In this document: one piece after another, positions 40,775 to 55,141 of the stretch
Position numbering within the stretch: position 1 is the first letter of the stretch
Layout of the letters: every line of letters begins with the position of its first letter
Origin: Eledone cirrhosa
Taxonomy: Eukaryota
DNA: 64,000 nucleotides
Reading direction: 5' to 3'
NCBI GenBank assembly: GCA_964016885.1
Contig: OZ024743.1
Location: forward strand, 322,276,001-322,340,000
Notes under the pieces: generated by a model
What the model saw: the letters and a program-made list of their open reading frames with translations, nothing else
Told to the model about the DNA's origin: nothing
The model's database searches: none
Position numbers and translations under genes: made by a program

Positions 40775-43700
40775 CCACCTCGTCTGGGTCCTTAACTTGG
40801 AGCTACAGTAAAACACACTTACCCACCTTGATCTGGGTCCTTAACTTGGAGCTAGAGTAAAAGAGAGTTACCCACCTCGATCTGGGTCCTTAACTTGGAG
40901 CTACGATAAAACACACTTACCCACCTCGATCTGGGTCCTTAACTTGGAACTACAGTAAAACATATTACCCACCTCGATCTGGGTCCTTAACTTGGAGCTA
41001 CTGTAAAACACACTTACTCATCTCGATCTGGGTCCTTAACTGGGAGCTACAGTAAAAGACACTTACCCACCTCGTCTGGGTCCTTAACTTGGAGCTACAG
41101 TAAAAGACACTTACCCACCTCGATCTGGGTCCTTAACTTGGAGCTACGATAAAACACACTTGCCCACCTCGATCAGGGTCGTTAACTTGGAACTACAGTA
41201 AAACATATTACCCACCTCGAACTGGGTCCTTAACTTGGAGCTACAGTAAAACACACTTACTCACCTCGATCTGGGTCCTTAACTTGGAGCTACAGTAAAA
41301 CACACTTACCCACCTCGATCTGGGTCCTTAACTTGGAGCTACAGTAAAAGACACTTACCCACCTTGATCTGGGTCCTTAACTTGGAACTACAGTAAAACA
41401 TATTACCCACATCGAACTGGGTCCTTAACTTGGAGCTACAGTAAAACACCCTTACCCACATTGATCTGGGTACGTAACTTGGAACTACAGTAAAACATAT
41501 TACCCACCTCGATCTGGGTCCTTAAATTGGAGCTACAGTAAAAGGCACTTACCCACCTCGATCTGGGTCCTTAACTTGGAGCTACGATAAAACACACTTA
41601 CCCACCTCATCAGGGTCCTTAACTTGGAACTACAGTAAAACATATTACCCACCTTGATCCGGGTCCTTAACTCCGAGCTACAATAAAAGAGACTTACCCA
41701 TTTTGATCTGGCTACTTTACTTGGTGCTAAAGTAAAACACACTTACCCACCTTGATCTGGGTTCTTAACTTGGAGCTACAGTAAAAGACACTTACCCAGC
41801 TCGATCTGGGTCCTTAAATTGGAGCTACAGTAAAAGACACTTACCCACCTCGATCTGGGTCCTTAGCTTGGAGCTACAGTAAAACACACTCACCCACCAT
41901 GATCTGGGTCCTTAACTTGGAGCTACAGTAAAACATACTTACCCACCTTGATATGGGTCCTTAACTTGGAGCTACGATAAAACACACTTATCCACCTCGA
42001 TCTGGGTCCTTAACTTGGAACTACAGTAAAACATATTACCCACCTCGATCTGGGTCCTTGACTTGGAGCTACAGTAAAACACACTTACCCACCTTGATCT
42101 GGGTCCTTAACTTGGAGCTACAGTAAACGACACTTACTCACCTTGATCTGGGTCCTTAACTTGGAGCTACAGTAAAAGACACTTACCCACCTCGCTCTGG
42201 GTCCTTAACTTGGAACTACAGTAAAACACCCTTACCCACATTGATCTGGGTACGTAACTTGGAACTACAGTAAAACATATTACCCACCTTAATCTGGGTC
42301 CTTAACATGGAGGTACAATAATACACACTTACCCACCTCGATCTGGGTCCTTAACATGGATCTACAGTAAAACAAACTTACCCACCTCGATCTGGGTCCT
42401 TAAATTGGAGCTACGATAAAACACACTTACCCACCTCTATGTGGGTCGTTAACTTGGAACTACAGTAAAACATATTACCCATATCGAACTGGGTCCTTAA
42501 CTTGGAGCTACAGTAAAACACCCTTACCCACATTGATCTGGGTACGTAACTTGGAACTACAGTAAAACATATTACCCGCCTCGAGCTGGGTTCTTAAATT
42601 GGAGCTACAGTAAAAGACATTTACCCACTTCGATCTGGGTCCTTAACTTGGAGCTACGATAAAACACAATTACCCACCTCGATCTGGGTCCTTAACTTGG
42701 AACTACAGTAAAGCATATTACCCACCTTGATCCGGGTCCTTAACTTCGAGCTACAATAAAAGAGACTTACCCATTTTGATCTGGCTACTTTACTTGGTGT
42801 TAAAGTAAAACACACTTACCCACCTTGATCTGGGTTCTTAACTTGGAGCTACAGTAAAAGACAGTTACCCACCTCGATCTGGGTCCTTAACTTGGAGCTA
42901 CGATAAAACACACTTACCCATCTTGATCTGGGTCCTTAACTTGGAACTACAGTAAAACATATTACCTACCTCGATCTGGGTCCTTAACTTGGAGCTACAG
43001 TAAAACACACTTACCCACCTCGTCTGGGTCCTTAACTTGGAGCTACAGTAAAACACACTTACCCACCTTGATCTGGGTCCTTAACTTGGAGCTAGAGTAA
43101 AAGAGAGTTACCCACCTCGATCTGGGTCCTTAACTTGGAGCTACGATAAAACACACTTACCCACCTCGATCTGGGTCCTTAACTTGGAACTACAGTAAAA
43201 CATATTACCCACCTCGATCTGGGTCCTTAACTTGGAGCTACTGTAAAACACACTTACTCATCTCGATCTGGGTCCTTAACTGGGAGCTACAGTAAAAGAC
43301 ACTTACCCACCTCGTCTGGGTCCTTAACTTGGAGCTACAGTAAAAGACACTTACCCACCTCGATCTGGGTCCTTAACTTGGAGCTACGATAAAACACACT
43401 TGCCCACCTCGATCAGGGTCGTTAACTTGGAACTACAGTAAAACATATTACCCACCTCGAACTGGGTCCTTAACTTGGAGCTACAGTAAAACACACTTAC
43501 TCACCTCGATCTGGGTCCTTAACTTGGAGCTACAGTAAAACACACTTACCCACCTCGATCTGGGTCCTTAACTTGGAGCTACAGTAAAAGACACTTACCC
43601 ACCTTGATCTGGGTCCTTAACTTGGAACTACAGTAAAACATATTACCCACATCGAACTGGGTCCTTAACTTGGAGCTACAGTAAAACACCCTTACCCACA

Positions 43701-45254
43701 TTGATCTGGGTACGTAACTTGGAACTACAGTAAAACACATTACCCACCTCGATCTGGGTCCTTAAATTGGAGCTACAGTAAAAGGCACTTACCCACCTCG
43801 ATCTGGGTCCTTAACTTGGAGCTACGATAAAACACACTTACCCACCTCATCAGGGTCCTTAACTTGGAACTACAGTAAAACATATTACCCACCTTGATCC
43901 GGGTCCTTAACTCCGAGCTACAATAAAAGAGACTTACCCATTTTGATCTGGCTACTTTACTTGGTGCTAAAGTAAAACACACTTACCCACCTTGATCTGG
44001 GTTCTTAACTTGGAGCTACAGTAAAAGACACTTACCCAGCTCGATCTGGGTCCTTAAATTGGAGCTACAGTAAAAGACACTTACCCACCTCGATCTGGGT
44101 CCTTAGCTTGGAGCTACAGTAAAACACACTCACCCACCATGATCTGGGTCCTTAACTTGGAGCTACAGTAAAACATACTTACCCACCTTGATATGGGTCC
44201 TTAACTTGGAGCTACGATAAAACACACTTATCCACCTCGATCTGGGTCCTTAACTTGGAACTACAGTAAAACATATTACCCACCTCGATCTGGGTCCTTG
44301 ACTTGGAGCTACAGTAAAACACACTTACCCACCTTGATCTGGGTCCTTAACTTGGAGCTACAGTAAACGACACTTACTCACCTTGATCTGGGTCCTTAAC
44401 TTGGAGCTACAGTAAAAGACACTTACCCACCTCGCTCTGGGTCCTTAACTTGGAACTACAGTAAAACACCCTTACCCACATTGATCTGGGTACGTAACTT
44501 GGAACTACAGTAAAACATATTACCCACCTTAATCTGGGTCCTTAACATGGAGGTACAATAATACACACTTACCCACCTCGATCTGGGTCCTTAACATGGA
44601 TCTACAGTAAAACAAACTTACCCACCTCGATCTGGGTCCTTAAATTGGAGCTACGATAAAACACACTTACCCACCTCTATGTGGGTCGTTAACTTGGAAC
44701 TACAGTAAAACATATTACCCATATCGAACTGGGTCCTTAACTTGGAGCTACAGTAAAACACCCTTACCCACATTGATCTGGGTACGTAACTTGGAACTAC
44801 AGTAAAACATATTACCCGCCTCGAGCTGGGTTCTTAAATTGGAGCTACAGTAAAAGACATTTTCCCACTTCGATCTGGGTCCTTAACTTGGAGCTACGAT
44901 AAAACACAATTACCCACCTCGATCTGGGTCCTTAACTTGGAACTACAGTAAAGCATATTACCCACCTTGATCCGGGTCCTTAACTTCGAGCTACAATAAA
45001 AGAGACTTACCCATTTTGATCTGGCTACTTTACTTGGTGCTAAAGTAAAACACACTTACCCACCTTGATCTGGGTTCTTAACTTGGAGCTACAGTAAAAG
45101 ACAGTTACCCACCTCGATCTGGGTCCTTAACTTGGAGCTACGATAAAACACACTTACCCATCTTGATCTGGGTCCTTAACTTGGAACTACAGTAAAACAT
45201 ATTACCTACCTCGATCTGGGTCCTTAACTTGGAGCTACAGTAAAACACACTTAC
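40775..45254. repeat. Higher-order tandem duplication D3: two 2240-bp copies (about 40775-43014 and 43015-45254)
   Basis: The identical 69-aa pseudo-ORFs at 41533/43773 give a constant offset of 2240. Only three substitutions were noticed by eye (near 41498/43738, 42623/44863, 42800/45040). Confidence 0.95.
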
Positions 45255-45519
45255 TCATCTCGATCTGGGTCCTTAACTTGGAGCTACAGTAAAAGACACT
45301 TACCCCCCTCGATCTGGGTCCTTAACTTGGAGCTACAGTAAAAGACACTACCCACCTCGATCTGGGTCCTTAACTTGGAGCTACAGTAAAAGACACTTAC
45401 CCACCTCGATCTGCCTCCATAACTTGGAGCTACAGTAAAAGACACTTACCCACCATTATCTGGATTCTTAACTTGGAGCTATCGTAAAAGACACTTACCC
45501 ACCTTGATCTGGGTGCTTT

Positions 45520-48500
45520 ACTTGGAGCTACAGTAAAAGACACTTACCCACCTCGATCTGGGTCCTTAACTTGGAGCTACAGTATAAGACACTTACCCAC
45601 CTCGATCTGGTTCCTTAACTTGGAGCTACAGTAAAACACACTTACCCACCTCGATCTGGGTCCTTAACTTGGAGCTAGAGTAAAACACACTTACCCAACT
45701 CGATCTGGGTCCTTAACTTGTAGCTACAGTAAAAGACACTTACCCACCTCGTCTGGGTCCTTAACTTGGAGCTACAGTAAAACACACTTACCCACCTAGA
45801 TCTGGGTCCTTAACTTGGAGCTAGAGTAAAACACACCTACCCACCTGGATCTGGGTCCTTAACTTGGAGCTACAGTAAAAGACAGTTACCCACCTCGATC
45901 TGGGTCCTTAACTTGGAGCTACGATAAAAGACACTTACCCACCTCGATCAGTGTCGATAACTTGGAACTACAGTAAAACATATTACCAACCTCGAACTGA
46001 GTCCTTAACTTGGAGCTACAGTAAAACACACTTACTCACCTCGATCTGGGTCCTTAACTTGGAGCTACAGTAAAAGACACTTACCCACCTCGATCTGGGT
46101 CCTTAACTTGGAGCTACAGAAAAAGACACTTACCCACCTTAATCTGGGTCCTTAAATTGGAGCTACAGTAAAAGACATTTACCCACCTCGCTCTGGGTCC
46201 TTAACTTGGAGCTACAGTAAAACACACTTACCCACCTCGATCTGGGTCCTTAACTTGCAGCTAGATTAAAACACACTTACCCACCGCGATCTGGGTCCTT
46301 AAATTGGAGCTACAGTAAAAGACACTTACCCACCTCGATCTGGGTCCTTAACTTGGAGCTACGATAAAACACACTTACCCACCTCGATCTGGGTCCTTAA
46401 CTTGGAACTACAGTAAAACATATTACCCACCTTGATCTGGGTCCTTAACTTCGAGCTACAATAAAAGAGACTTACCCATTTTGATCTGGCTACTTTACTT
46501 GGTACTAAAGTAAAACACACTTACCCACCTTGATCTGGGTTCTTAACTTCGAGCTACAGTAAAAGACACTTACCCACCTCGATCTGGGTCCTTAACTTGG
46601 AGCTACAGTAAAACACACTCACCCACCTCGATCTGGGTCCTTAACTTGGATCTACAGTAAAACATACTTACCCACATTGATATGGGTCCTTAACTTGGAG
46701 CTACGATAAACACACTTATCCACCTCGATCTGGGTCCTTAACTTGGAACTACAGTAAAACATATTACCCACCTCGATCTGGGTCCTTGACTTGGAGCTAC
46801 AGTAAAACACACTTACCCACCTTGATCTGGGTCCTTAACTTGGAGCTACAGTAAAAGACTGTTACCCACCTCGATCTGGGTCCTTAACTTGGAGCTACGA
46901 TAAAACACACTTATCCATCTCGATCCGGGTCCTTAACTTGGAATTACAGTAAAAAATATTACCCACCTCGATCTGGGTCCTTAACTTGGAGCTACAGTAA
47001 AACACACTTACTCATCTCGATCTGGGTCCTTAACTTGGAGCTACAGTAAAAGACACTTACCCCCCTCGATCTGGGTCCTTAACTTGGAGCTACAGTAATA
47101 GACACTACCCACCTCGATCTGGGTCCTTAACTTGGAGCTACAGTAAAAGACACTTACCCACCTCGATCTGCCTCCATAACTTGGAGCTACAGTAAAAGAC
47201 ACTTACCCACCATTATCTGGATTCTTAACTTGGAGCTACCGTAAAAGACACTTACCCACCTTGATCTGGTTCCTTAACTTGGAGCTACAGTAAAAGACAC
47301 TTAACCACCTTGATCTAGGTCCTTAACTTGGAGCTACAGTAAAAGACAACTACCCCACCTCGATCTTGGTCTTTAACTTGGAGTTACAGTAAAACACACT
47401 TACCCACCTTGATCTGGGTCCTTAACTTAGAGCTAGAGTAAAACACACTTACCCACCTGGATCTGAGTCCTTAACTTGGAGCTACAGTAAAACACACTTA
47501 CGCGCCTCGATTAGGGTCCTTAACTTGGAGCTAGAGTAAAACACACTTACCCAACTCGATCTTGGTCCTTAACTTGGATCTACAATAAAATGCACTTACC
47601 CACTACTATCTCGGTCCATAACTTGGAGCTACAGTAAAAGACACTTACCCACCTCGATCTGGGTCCTTAACTTGGAGCTACAGTATAAGACACTTACCCA
47701 CCTCGATCTGGTTCCTTAACTTGGAGCTACAGTAAAACACACTTACCCACCTCGATCTGGGTCCTTAACTTGGAGCTAGAGTAAAACACACTTACCCAAC
47801 TCGATCTGGGTCCTTAACTTGTAGCTACAGTAAAAGACACTTACCCCCCTCGTCTGGGTCCTTAACTTGGAGCTACAGTAAAACACACTTACCCACCTAG
47901 ATCTGGGTCCTTAACTTGGAGCTAGAGTAAAACACACCTACCCACCTGGATCTGGGTCCTTAACTTGGAGCTACAGTAAAAGACAGTTACCCACCTCGAT
48001 CTGGGTCCTTAACTTGGAGCTACGATAAAAGACACTTACCCACCTCGATCAGTGTCGATAACTTGGAACTACAGTAAAACATATTACCAACCTCGAACTG
48101 AGTCCTTAACTTGGAGCTACAGTAAAACACACTTACTCACCTCGATCTGGGTCCTTAACTTGGAGCTACAGTAAAAGACACTTACCCACCTCGATCTGGG
48201 TCCTTAACTTGGAGCTACAGAAAAAGACACTTACCCACTTATATCTGGGTCCTTAAATTGGAGCTACAGTAAAAGACACTTACCCACCTCGCTCTGGGTC
48301 CTTAACTTGGAGCTACAGTAAAACACACTTACCCACCTCGATCTGGGTCCTTAACTTGCAGCTAGAGTAAAACACACTTACCCACCGCGATCTGGGTCCT
48401 TAAATTGGAGCTACAGTAAAAGACACTTACCCACCTCGATCTGGGTCCTTAACTTGGAGCTACGATAAAACACACTTACCCACCTCGATCTGGGTCCTTA

Positions 48501-49860
48501 ACTTGGAACTACAGTAAAACATATTACCCACCTTGATCTGGGTCCTTAACTTCGAGCTACAATAAAAGAGACTTACCCATTTTGATCTGGCTACTTTACT
48601 TGGTACTAAAGTAAAACACACTTACCCACCTTGATCTGGGTTCTTAACTTGGAGCTACAGTAAAAGACACTTACCCAGCTCGATCTGGGTCCTTAGATTG
48701 GACCTACAGTAAAAGACACTTACCCACCTCGATCTGGGTCCTTAACTTGGAGCTACAGTAAAACACACTCACCCACCTCGATCTGGGTCCTTAACTTGGA
48801 GCTACAGTAAAACATACTTACCCACATTGATATGGGTCCTTAACTTGGAGCTACGATAAACACACTTATCCACCTCGATCTGGGTCCTTAACTTGGAACT
48901 ACAGTAAAACATATTACCCACCTCGATCTGGGTCCTTGACTTGGAGCTACAGTAAAACACACTTACCCACCTTGATCTGGGTCCTTAACTTGGAGCTACA
49001 GTAAAAGACTGTTACCCACCTCGATCTGGGTCATTAACTTGGAGCTACGATAACACACACTTACCCATCTCGATCCGGGTCCTTAACTTGGAACTACAGT
49101 AAAAAATATTACCCACCTCGATCTGGGTCCTTAACTTGGAGCTACAGTAAAACACACTTACTCATCTCGATCTGGGTCCTTAACTTGGAGCTACAGTAAA
49201 AGACACTTACCCCCCTCGATCTGGGTCCTTAACTTGGAGCTACAGTAATAGACACTAACCACCTCGATCTGGGTCCTTAACTTGGAGCTACAGTAAAAGA
49301 CACTTACCCACCTTGATCTGCCTCCATAACTTGGAGCTACAGTAAAAGACACTTACCCACCATTATCTGGATTCTTAACTTGGAGCTACCGTAAAAGACA
49401 CTTACCCACCTTGATCTGGGTCCTTAACTTGGAGCTACAGTAAAAGACACTTAACCACCTTGATCTAGGTCCTTAACTTGGAGCTACAGTAAAAGACAAC
49501 TACCCCCCCCCCCCCCCTCGATCTTGGTCTTTAACTTGGAGCTACAGTAAAACACACTTACCCACCTTGATCTGGGTGCTTAACTTAGAGCTAGAGTAAA
49601 ACACACTTACCCACCTGGATCTGGGTCCTTAACTTGGAGCTACAGTAAAACACACTTACGCACCTCGATCAGGGTCCTTAACTTGGAGCTAGAGTAAAAC
49701 ACACTTACCCAACTCGATCTTGGTCCTTAACTTGGATCTACAATAAAATGCACTTACCCACTACTATCTGGGTCCATAACTTGGAGCTACAGTAAAAGAC
49801 ACTTACCCACATCGATCTGGGTCCTTAACTTGGAGCTACAGTATAAGACACTTACCCACC
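45520..49860. repeat. Higher-order tandem duplication D4: unit about 2.10-2.16 kb
   Basis: agtataag at 45581/47682 and gtgtcgataa at 45951/48052 (offset 2101). gactgttacc at 46857/49007 (2150, after one extra monomer near 48660-48710). The offset becomes 2158 after the poly-C expansion at 49503. Confidence 0.88.
49503..49517 (+). repeat. Poly-C homopolymer (C15) inside a variant monomer
   Basis: gacaacta-C15-tcgatcttggtcttt read directly. Confidence 0.9.
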
Positions 49861-52828
49861 TCGATCTGGGTCCTTAACTTGGAGCTACAGTAAAACACAC
49901 TTACCCACCTTGATCTGGGTCCTTAACTTAGAGCTAGAGTAAAACACACTTACCCACCTGGATCTGGGTCCTTAACTTGGAGCTACAGTAAAACACACTT
50001 ACCCACCTTGATCTGGGTCCTTAAATTGGAGCTACGATAAAACACACTTAACCACCTAGATCTGGGTCCTTAACTTGGAACTACAGTAAAACACCCTTAC
50101 CCACATTGATCTGGGTACGTAACTTGGAACTACTGTAAAACACTCTTATTCATCTCGATCTGGGTCCTTAACTTGGAGCTACTGTAAAACACACTTACTC
50201 ATCTCGATCTGGGTCCTTAACTTGGAGCTACAGTAAAAGACACTTACCCACCTCGTCTGGGTCCTTAACTTGGAGCTACAGTAAAAGACACTTACCCACC
50301 CTGATCTGGGTCCTTAACTTGGAGCTACGATAAAACACACTTACCCACCTCGATCAGGGTCGTTAACTTGGAACTACAGTAAAACATATTACCCACCTCG
50401 ATCTGCGGCCTTAACTTGGATCTACAATAAAATGCACTTACCCACTACTATCTTGGTCCATAACTTGGAGCTACAGTAAAAGACACTTACCCACCTCGAT
50501 CAGGGTCCTTAACTTGGAGCTACAGTAAAAGTCACTTACCCACCTTGATCTGGGTCCTTAACTTGGAGCTAGAGTAATACACTTACCCACCTCGATCTGG
50601 GTCCTTAACTTGGAGCTACAATAAAACACACTTACCCACTTCAATCTGGTTCCTTAACTTGGAGCTACAGTAAAACACACTTACCCACCTCGATCAGGGT
50701 CCTTCACTTGGAGCTAGAGTAAAACACACTTACCCACCTTGATCTGGGTCCTTAACTTGGAGCTACAGTAAAAGACAGTTACCCACATCAATCTGGGTCC
50801 TTAACTTGGAGCTACGATAAAACACACTTACCCACCTCGATCTGGGTCCTTAACTTGGAACTACAGGAAAACATATTACCCACCTCGATCTGGGTCCTTA
50901 ATTTGGAGCTACAGTAAAAGACACTTACTCATCTCGATCTGGGTCCTTAACTTGGAGCTACAGTAAAAGACACTTTCCCACCTCGATCTGGGTCCTTAAC
51001 TTGAGCTACGATAAAACACACTTACCGACCTCGATCAGGGTCGTTAACTTGGAACTACAGTAAAACATATTACCCACCTCGAACTGGGTCCTTAACTTGG
51101 AGCTACAGTAAAACACCTTTACTCACCTCGATCTGGGTCCTTCACTTGGAGCTAGAGTAAAAAACACTTACCCACCTCAATCTGATTCCTTAACTTGGAG
51201 CTACAGTAAAAGACACTTACCCACCTCGATCTGGGTCCTTAACTTGGAGCTACAGGAAAACACAGTTACCCACCTCGATCTGGGTCCTTAATTTGAAACT
51301 ACATTAAAACATATTACCCACCTCGATCTGGGTCCTTAACTTGGAGCTACGATAAAACACACTTACCCACCTCGATCTGGGTCCTTAACTTGGAGCTACA
51401 GGAAAACATAGTTACCCACCTCGATCTGGGTACTTAATTTGAAACTACATTAAAACATATTACCCACCTCGATCTGGATCCTTAACTTGGAGCTACGATA
51501 AAACACACTTACCCACCTCGATCTGGGTCCTTAACTTGGAACTACAGTAAAACATATTACCCACCTTGATCTGGGTCCTTAACTGCGAGCTACAATAAAA
51601 GAGACTTACCCATTTTGATCTGGCTACTTTACTTGGTACTAAAGTAAAACACACTTACCCACCTTGATCTGGGTTCTTAACTTGGAGCTACAGTAAAAGA
51701 CACTTACCCACCTCGATCTGGGTCCTTAACTTGCAGCTAGAGTAAAACACACTTACCCACCGCGATCTGGGTCCTTAAATTGGAGCTACAGTAAAAGACA
51801 CTTACCCACATCGATCTGGGTCCTTAACTTGGAGCTACGATAAAACACACTTACCCACGTCGATCTGGGTCCTTAACTTGGAACTACAGTAAAACATATT
51901 ACCCACCTTGATCTGGGTCCTTAACTTTGAGCTACAATAAAAGAGACTTACCCATTTTGATCTGGCTACTTTACTTGGTACTAAAGTAAAACACACTTAC
52001 CCACCTTGATCTGGGTTCTTAACTTGGAGCTACAGTAAAAGACACTTACCCAGCTCGATCTGGGTCCTTAAATTGGAGCTACAGTAAAACACACTCACCC
52101 ACCTCGATCTGGGTCCTTAACTTGGAGCTACAGTAAAACATACTTACCCACCTAGATATGGGTCCTTAACTTGGAGCTACGATAAACACACTTATCCACC
52201 TCGATCTGGGTCCTTAACTTGGAACTACAGTAAAACATATTACCCACCTCGATCTGGGTCCTTGACTTGGAGCTACAGTAAAACACACTTACCCACCTTG
52301 ATCTGGGTCCTTAACTTGGAGCTACAGTAAAAGACAGTTACCCGCCTCGATCTGGGTCCTTAACTTGGAGCTACGATAAAACACACTTACCCATCTCGAT
52401 CTGGGTCCTTAACTTGGAACTACAGTAAAACATATTACCCACCTCGATCTGGGTCCTTAACTTGGAGCTACAGTAAAACACACTTACTCATCTCGATCTG
52501 GGTCCTTAACTTGGAGCTACAGTAAAAGACACTTACCCCCCTCAATCTGGGTCCTTAACTTGGAGCTACAGTAAAAGACACTACCCACCTCGATCTGGGT
52601 CCTTAACTTGGAGCTACAGTAAAAGACACTTACCCACCTCGATCTGCCTCCATAACTTGGAGCTACAGTAAAAGACACTTACCCACCATTATCTGGATTC
52701 TTAACTTGGAGCTACCGTAAAAGACACTTACCCACCTTGATCTGGGTCCTTAACTTGGAGCTACAGTAAAAGACACTTAACCACCTTGATCTAGGTCCTT
52801 AACTTGGAGCTACAGTAAAAGACAACTA

Positions 52829-52847
52829 CCCCCCCCCCCCCCCCCCC
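52829..52847 (+). repeat. Poly-C homopolymer (C19) inside the same variant monomer type
   Basis: gacaacta-C19-tcgatcttggtcttt read directly. Confidence 0.9.
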
Positions 52848-55132
52848 TCGATCTTGGTCTTTAACTTGGAGCTACAGTAAAACACACTTACGCACCTCGA
52901 TCAGGGTCCTTAACTTGGAGCTAGAGTAAAACACACTTACCCAACTCGATCTTGGTCGTTAACTTGGATCTACAATAAAATGCACTTACCCACTACTATC
53001 TGGGTCCATAACTTGGAGCTACAGTAAAAGCCACTTACCCACCTCGATCTGGGTCCTTAACTTGGAGCTACAGTAAAAGACAGTTACCCACATCAATCTG
53101 GGTCCTTAACTTGGAGCTACGATAAAACACACTTACCCACCTCGATCTGGGTCCTTAACTTGGAACTACAGGAAAACATATTACCCACCTCGATCTGGGT
53201 CCTTAATTTGGAGCTACAGTAAAAGACACTTACTCATCTCGATCTGGGTCCTTAACTTGGAGCCACAGTAAAAGACACTTTCCCACCTCGATCTGGGTCC
53301 TTAACTTGAGCTACGATAAAACACACTTACCGACCTCGATCAGGGTCGTTAACTTGGAACTACAGTAAAACATATTACCCACCTCGAACTGGGTCCTTAA
53401 CTTGGAGCTACAGTAAAACACCCTTACTCATCTCGATCTGGGTCCTTCATTTGGAGCTAGAGTAAAAAACACTTACCCACCTCAATCTGATTCCTTAACT
53501 TGGAGCTACAGTAAAAGACACTTACCCACCTCGATCTGGGTCCTTAACTTGGAGCTACAGGAAAACACAGTTACCCACCTCGATCTGGGTCCTTAATTTG
53601 AAACTACATTAAAACATATTACCCACCTCGATCTGGATCCTTAACTTGGAGCTACGATAAAACACACTTACCCACCTCGATCTGGGTCCTTAACTTGGAA
53701 CTATAGTAAAACATATTACCCACCTTGATCTGGGTCCTTAACTTCGAGCTACAATAAAAGAGACTTACCCATTTTGATCTGGCTACTTTACTTGGTACTA
53801 AAGTAAAACACACTTACCCACCTTGATCTGGGTTCTTAACTTGGAGCTACAGTAAAAGACACTTACCCACCTCGATCTGGGTCCTTAACTTGCAGCTAGA
53901 GTAAAACACACTTACCCACCGCGATCTGGGTCCTTAAATTGGAGCTACAGTAAAAGACACTTAACCACATCGATCTGGGTCCTTAACTTGGAGCTACGAT
54001 AAAACACACTTACCCACGTCGATCTGGGTCCTTAACTTGGAACTACAGTAAAACATATTACCCACCTTGATCTGGGTCCTTAACTTCGAGCTACAATAAA
54101 AGAGACTTACCCATTTTGATCTGGCTACTTTACTTGGTACTAAAGTAAAACACACTTACCCACCTTGATCTGGGTTCTTAACTTGGAGCTACAGTAAAAG
54201 ACACTTACCCAGCTCGATCTGGGTCCTTAAATTGGAGCTACAGTAAAACACACTCACCCACCTCGATCTGGGTCCTTAACTTGGAGCTACAGTAAAACAT
54301 ACTTACCCACCTAGATATGGGTCCTTAACTTGGAGCTACGATAAACACACTTATCCACCTCGATCTGGGTCCTTAACTTGGAACTACAGTAAAACATATT
54401 ACCCACCTCGATCTGGGTCCTTGACTTGGAGCTACAGTAAAACACACTTACCCACCTTGATATGGGTCCTTAACTTGGAGCTACGATAAACACACTTATC
54501 CACCTCGATCTGGGTCCTTAACTTGGAACTACAGTAAAACATATTACCCACCTCGATCTGGGTCCTTGACTTGGAGCTACAGTAAAACACACTTACCCAC
54601 CTTGATCTGGGTCCTTAACTTGGAGCTACAGTAAAAGACAGTTACCCGCCTCGATCTGGGTCCTTAACTTGGAGCTACGATAAAACACACTTACCCATCT
54701 CGATCTGGGTCCTTAACTTGGAACTACAGTAAAACATATTACCCACCTCGATCTGGGTCCTTAACTTGGAGCTACAGTAAAACACACTTACTCATCTCGA
54801 TCTGGGTCCTTAACTTGGAGCTACAGTAAAAGACACTTACCCCCCTCAATCTGGGTCCTTAACTTGGAGCTACAGTAAAAGACACTACCCACGTCGATCT
54901 GGGTCCTTAACTTGGAGCTACAGTAAAAGACACTTACCCACCTCGATCTGCCTCCATAACTTGGAGCTACAGTAAAAGACACTTACCCACCATTATCTGG
55001 ATTCTTAACTTGGAGCTACCGTAAAAGACACTTACCCACCTTGATCTGGGTCCTTAACTTGGAGCTACAGTAAAAGACACTTAACCACCTTGATCTAGGT
55101 CCTTAACTTGGAGCTACAGTAAAAGACAACTA

Positions 55133-55141
55133 CCCCCCCCC
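55133..55141 (+). repeat. Poly-C homopolymer (C9) inside the same variant monomer type
   Basis: gacaacta-C9-tcgatcttggtcttt read directly. Confidence 0.85.

Noticed and set aside
41533-43982. Two identical 69-aa - strand ORFs (41533-41742, 43773-43982)
   Set aside because: Chance open frames in the satellite, duplicated by D3.
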